Assembly (NCBI GenBank): GCA_009602735.1
Contig: WELA01002286.1
Span: forward strand, 51,203 to 98,651
Direction of reading: 5' to 3'
Origin: Mesotaenium endlicherianum
Lineage: Eukaryota
DNA: 47,449 bases
Both the position numbers and the translations under genes were made by a program. The first letter of the stretch is position 1. Every line of letters begins with the position of its first letter. Below, in pieces: positions 47,308 to 47,449 of the stretch. The notes under the pieces were generated by a model. It did no database searches. It worked only from the letters and a program-made list of their open reading frames with translations, and was not told the origin of the DNA.

Positions 47308-47449
47308 TGTAAGGTCATAGGTTTATGAAGTGCATTTTTGAGTATCATGAAAGTATGTTTTGATTGTATAGTAGTGTAGAGTGCATTTTTGTGGTCATTT
47401 TGATATAAAGTTCATCGAATTTGGTGAAGTATTGAGAGAGTTACGGATT
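47308..47449 (+). repeat. Start of another family C LTR interrupting D gag; runs off the window
   Basis: TGTAAGGTCATAGGTTTATGAAGTGCATTTTTG matches the LTR starts at 32412 and 36625. Confidence 0.9.

Noticed and set aside
1..47449. CRISPR arrays, tRNA or rRNA genes
   Set aside because: No repeat-spacer array is present, and the only tRNA-like matches are 12-nt primer-binding sites.

Overview
This is eukaryotic, probably green-plant/streptophyte (inferred from tRNA-iMet primer sites and chromovirus-type elements), repeat-dense DNA made almost entirely of nested Ty3/gypsy LTR retrotransposons. I find four families, labelled A-D here, and no recognisable host gene. Family A has two intact, inverted 6680-bp chromoviruses (8251-14930 +, 21891-28570 -) and a solo LTR (44540-45042). 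Family B has two decayed chromovirus-family copies, both inserted into the RT of an older family C element; the full one (6471-28761) carries an extra ORF between pol and the 3' LTR. Family C has two old decayed copies and an LTR running off the window end. The standout is family D (about 37992-47307, -). Once the solo LTR is removed, its single decayed polyprotein reads Gag (2 Zn knuckles), protease, C5 cytosine DNA methyltransferase, long unknown linker, RT, RNase H, integrase, PHD finger. It therefore encodes both an epigenetic writer and a reader. The catalytic motif IV is absent from the ORF track and was found by manual translation. One N at 41512 lies between the DNMT and RT halves. All counts and alignments were done by eye.
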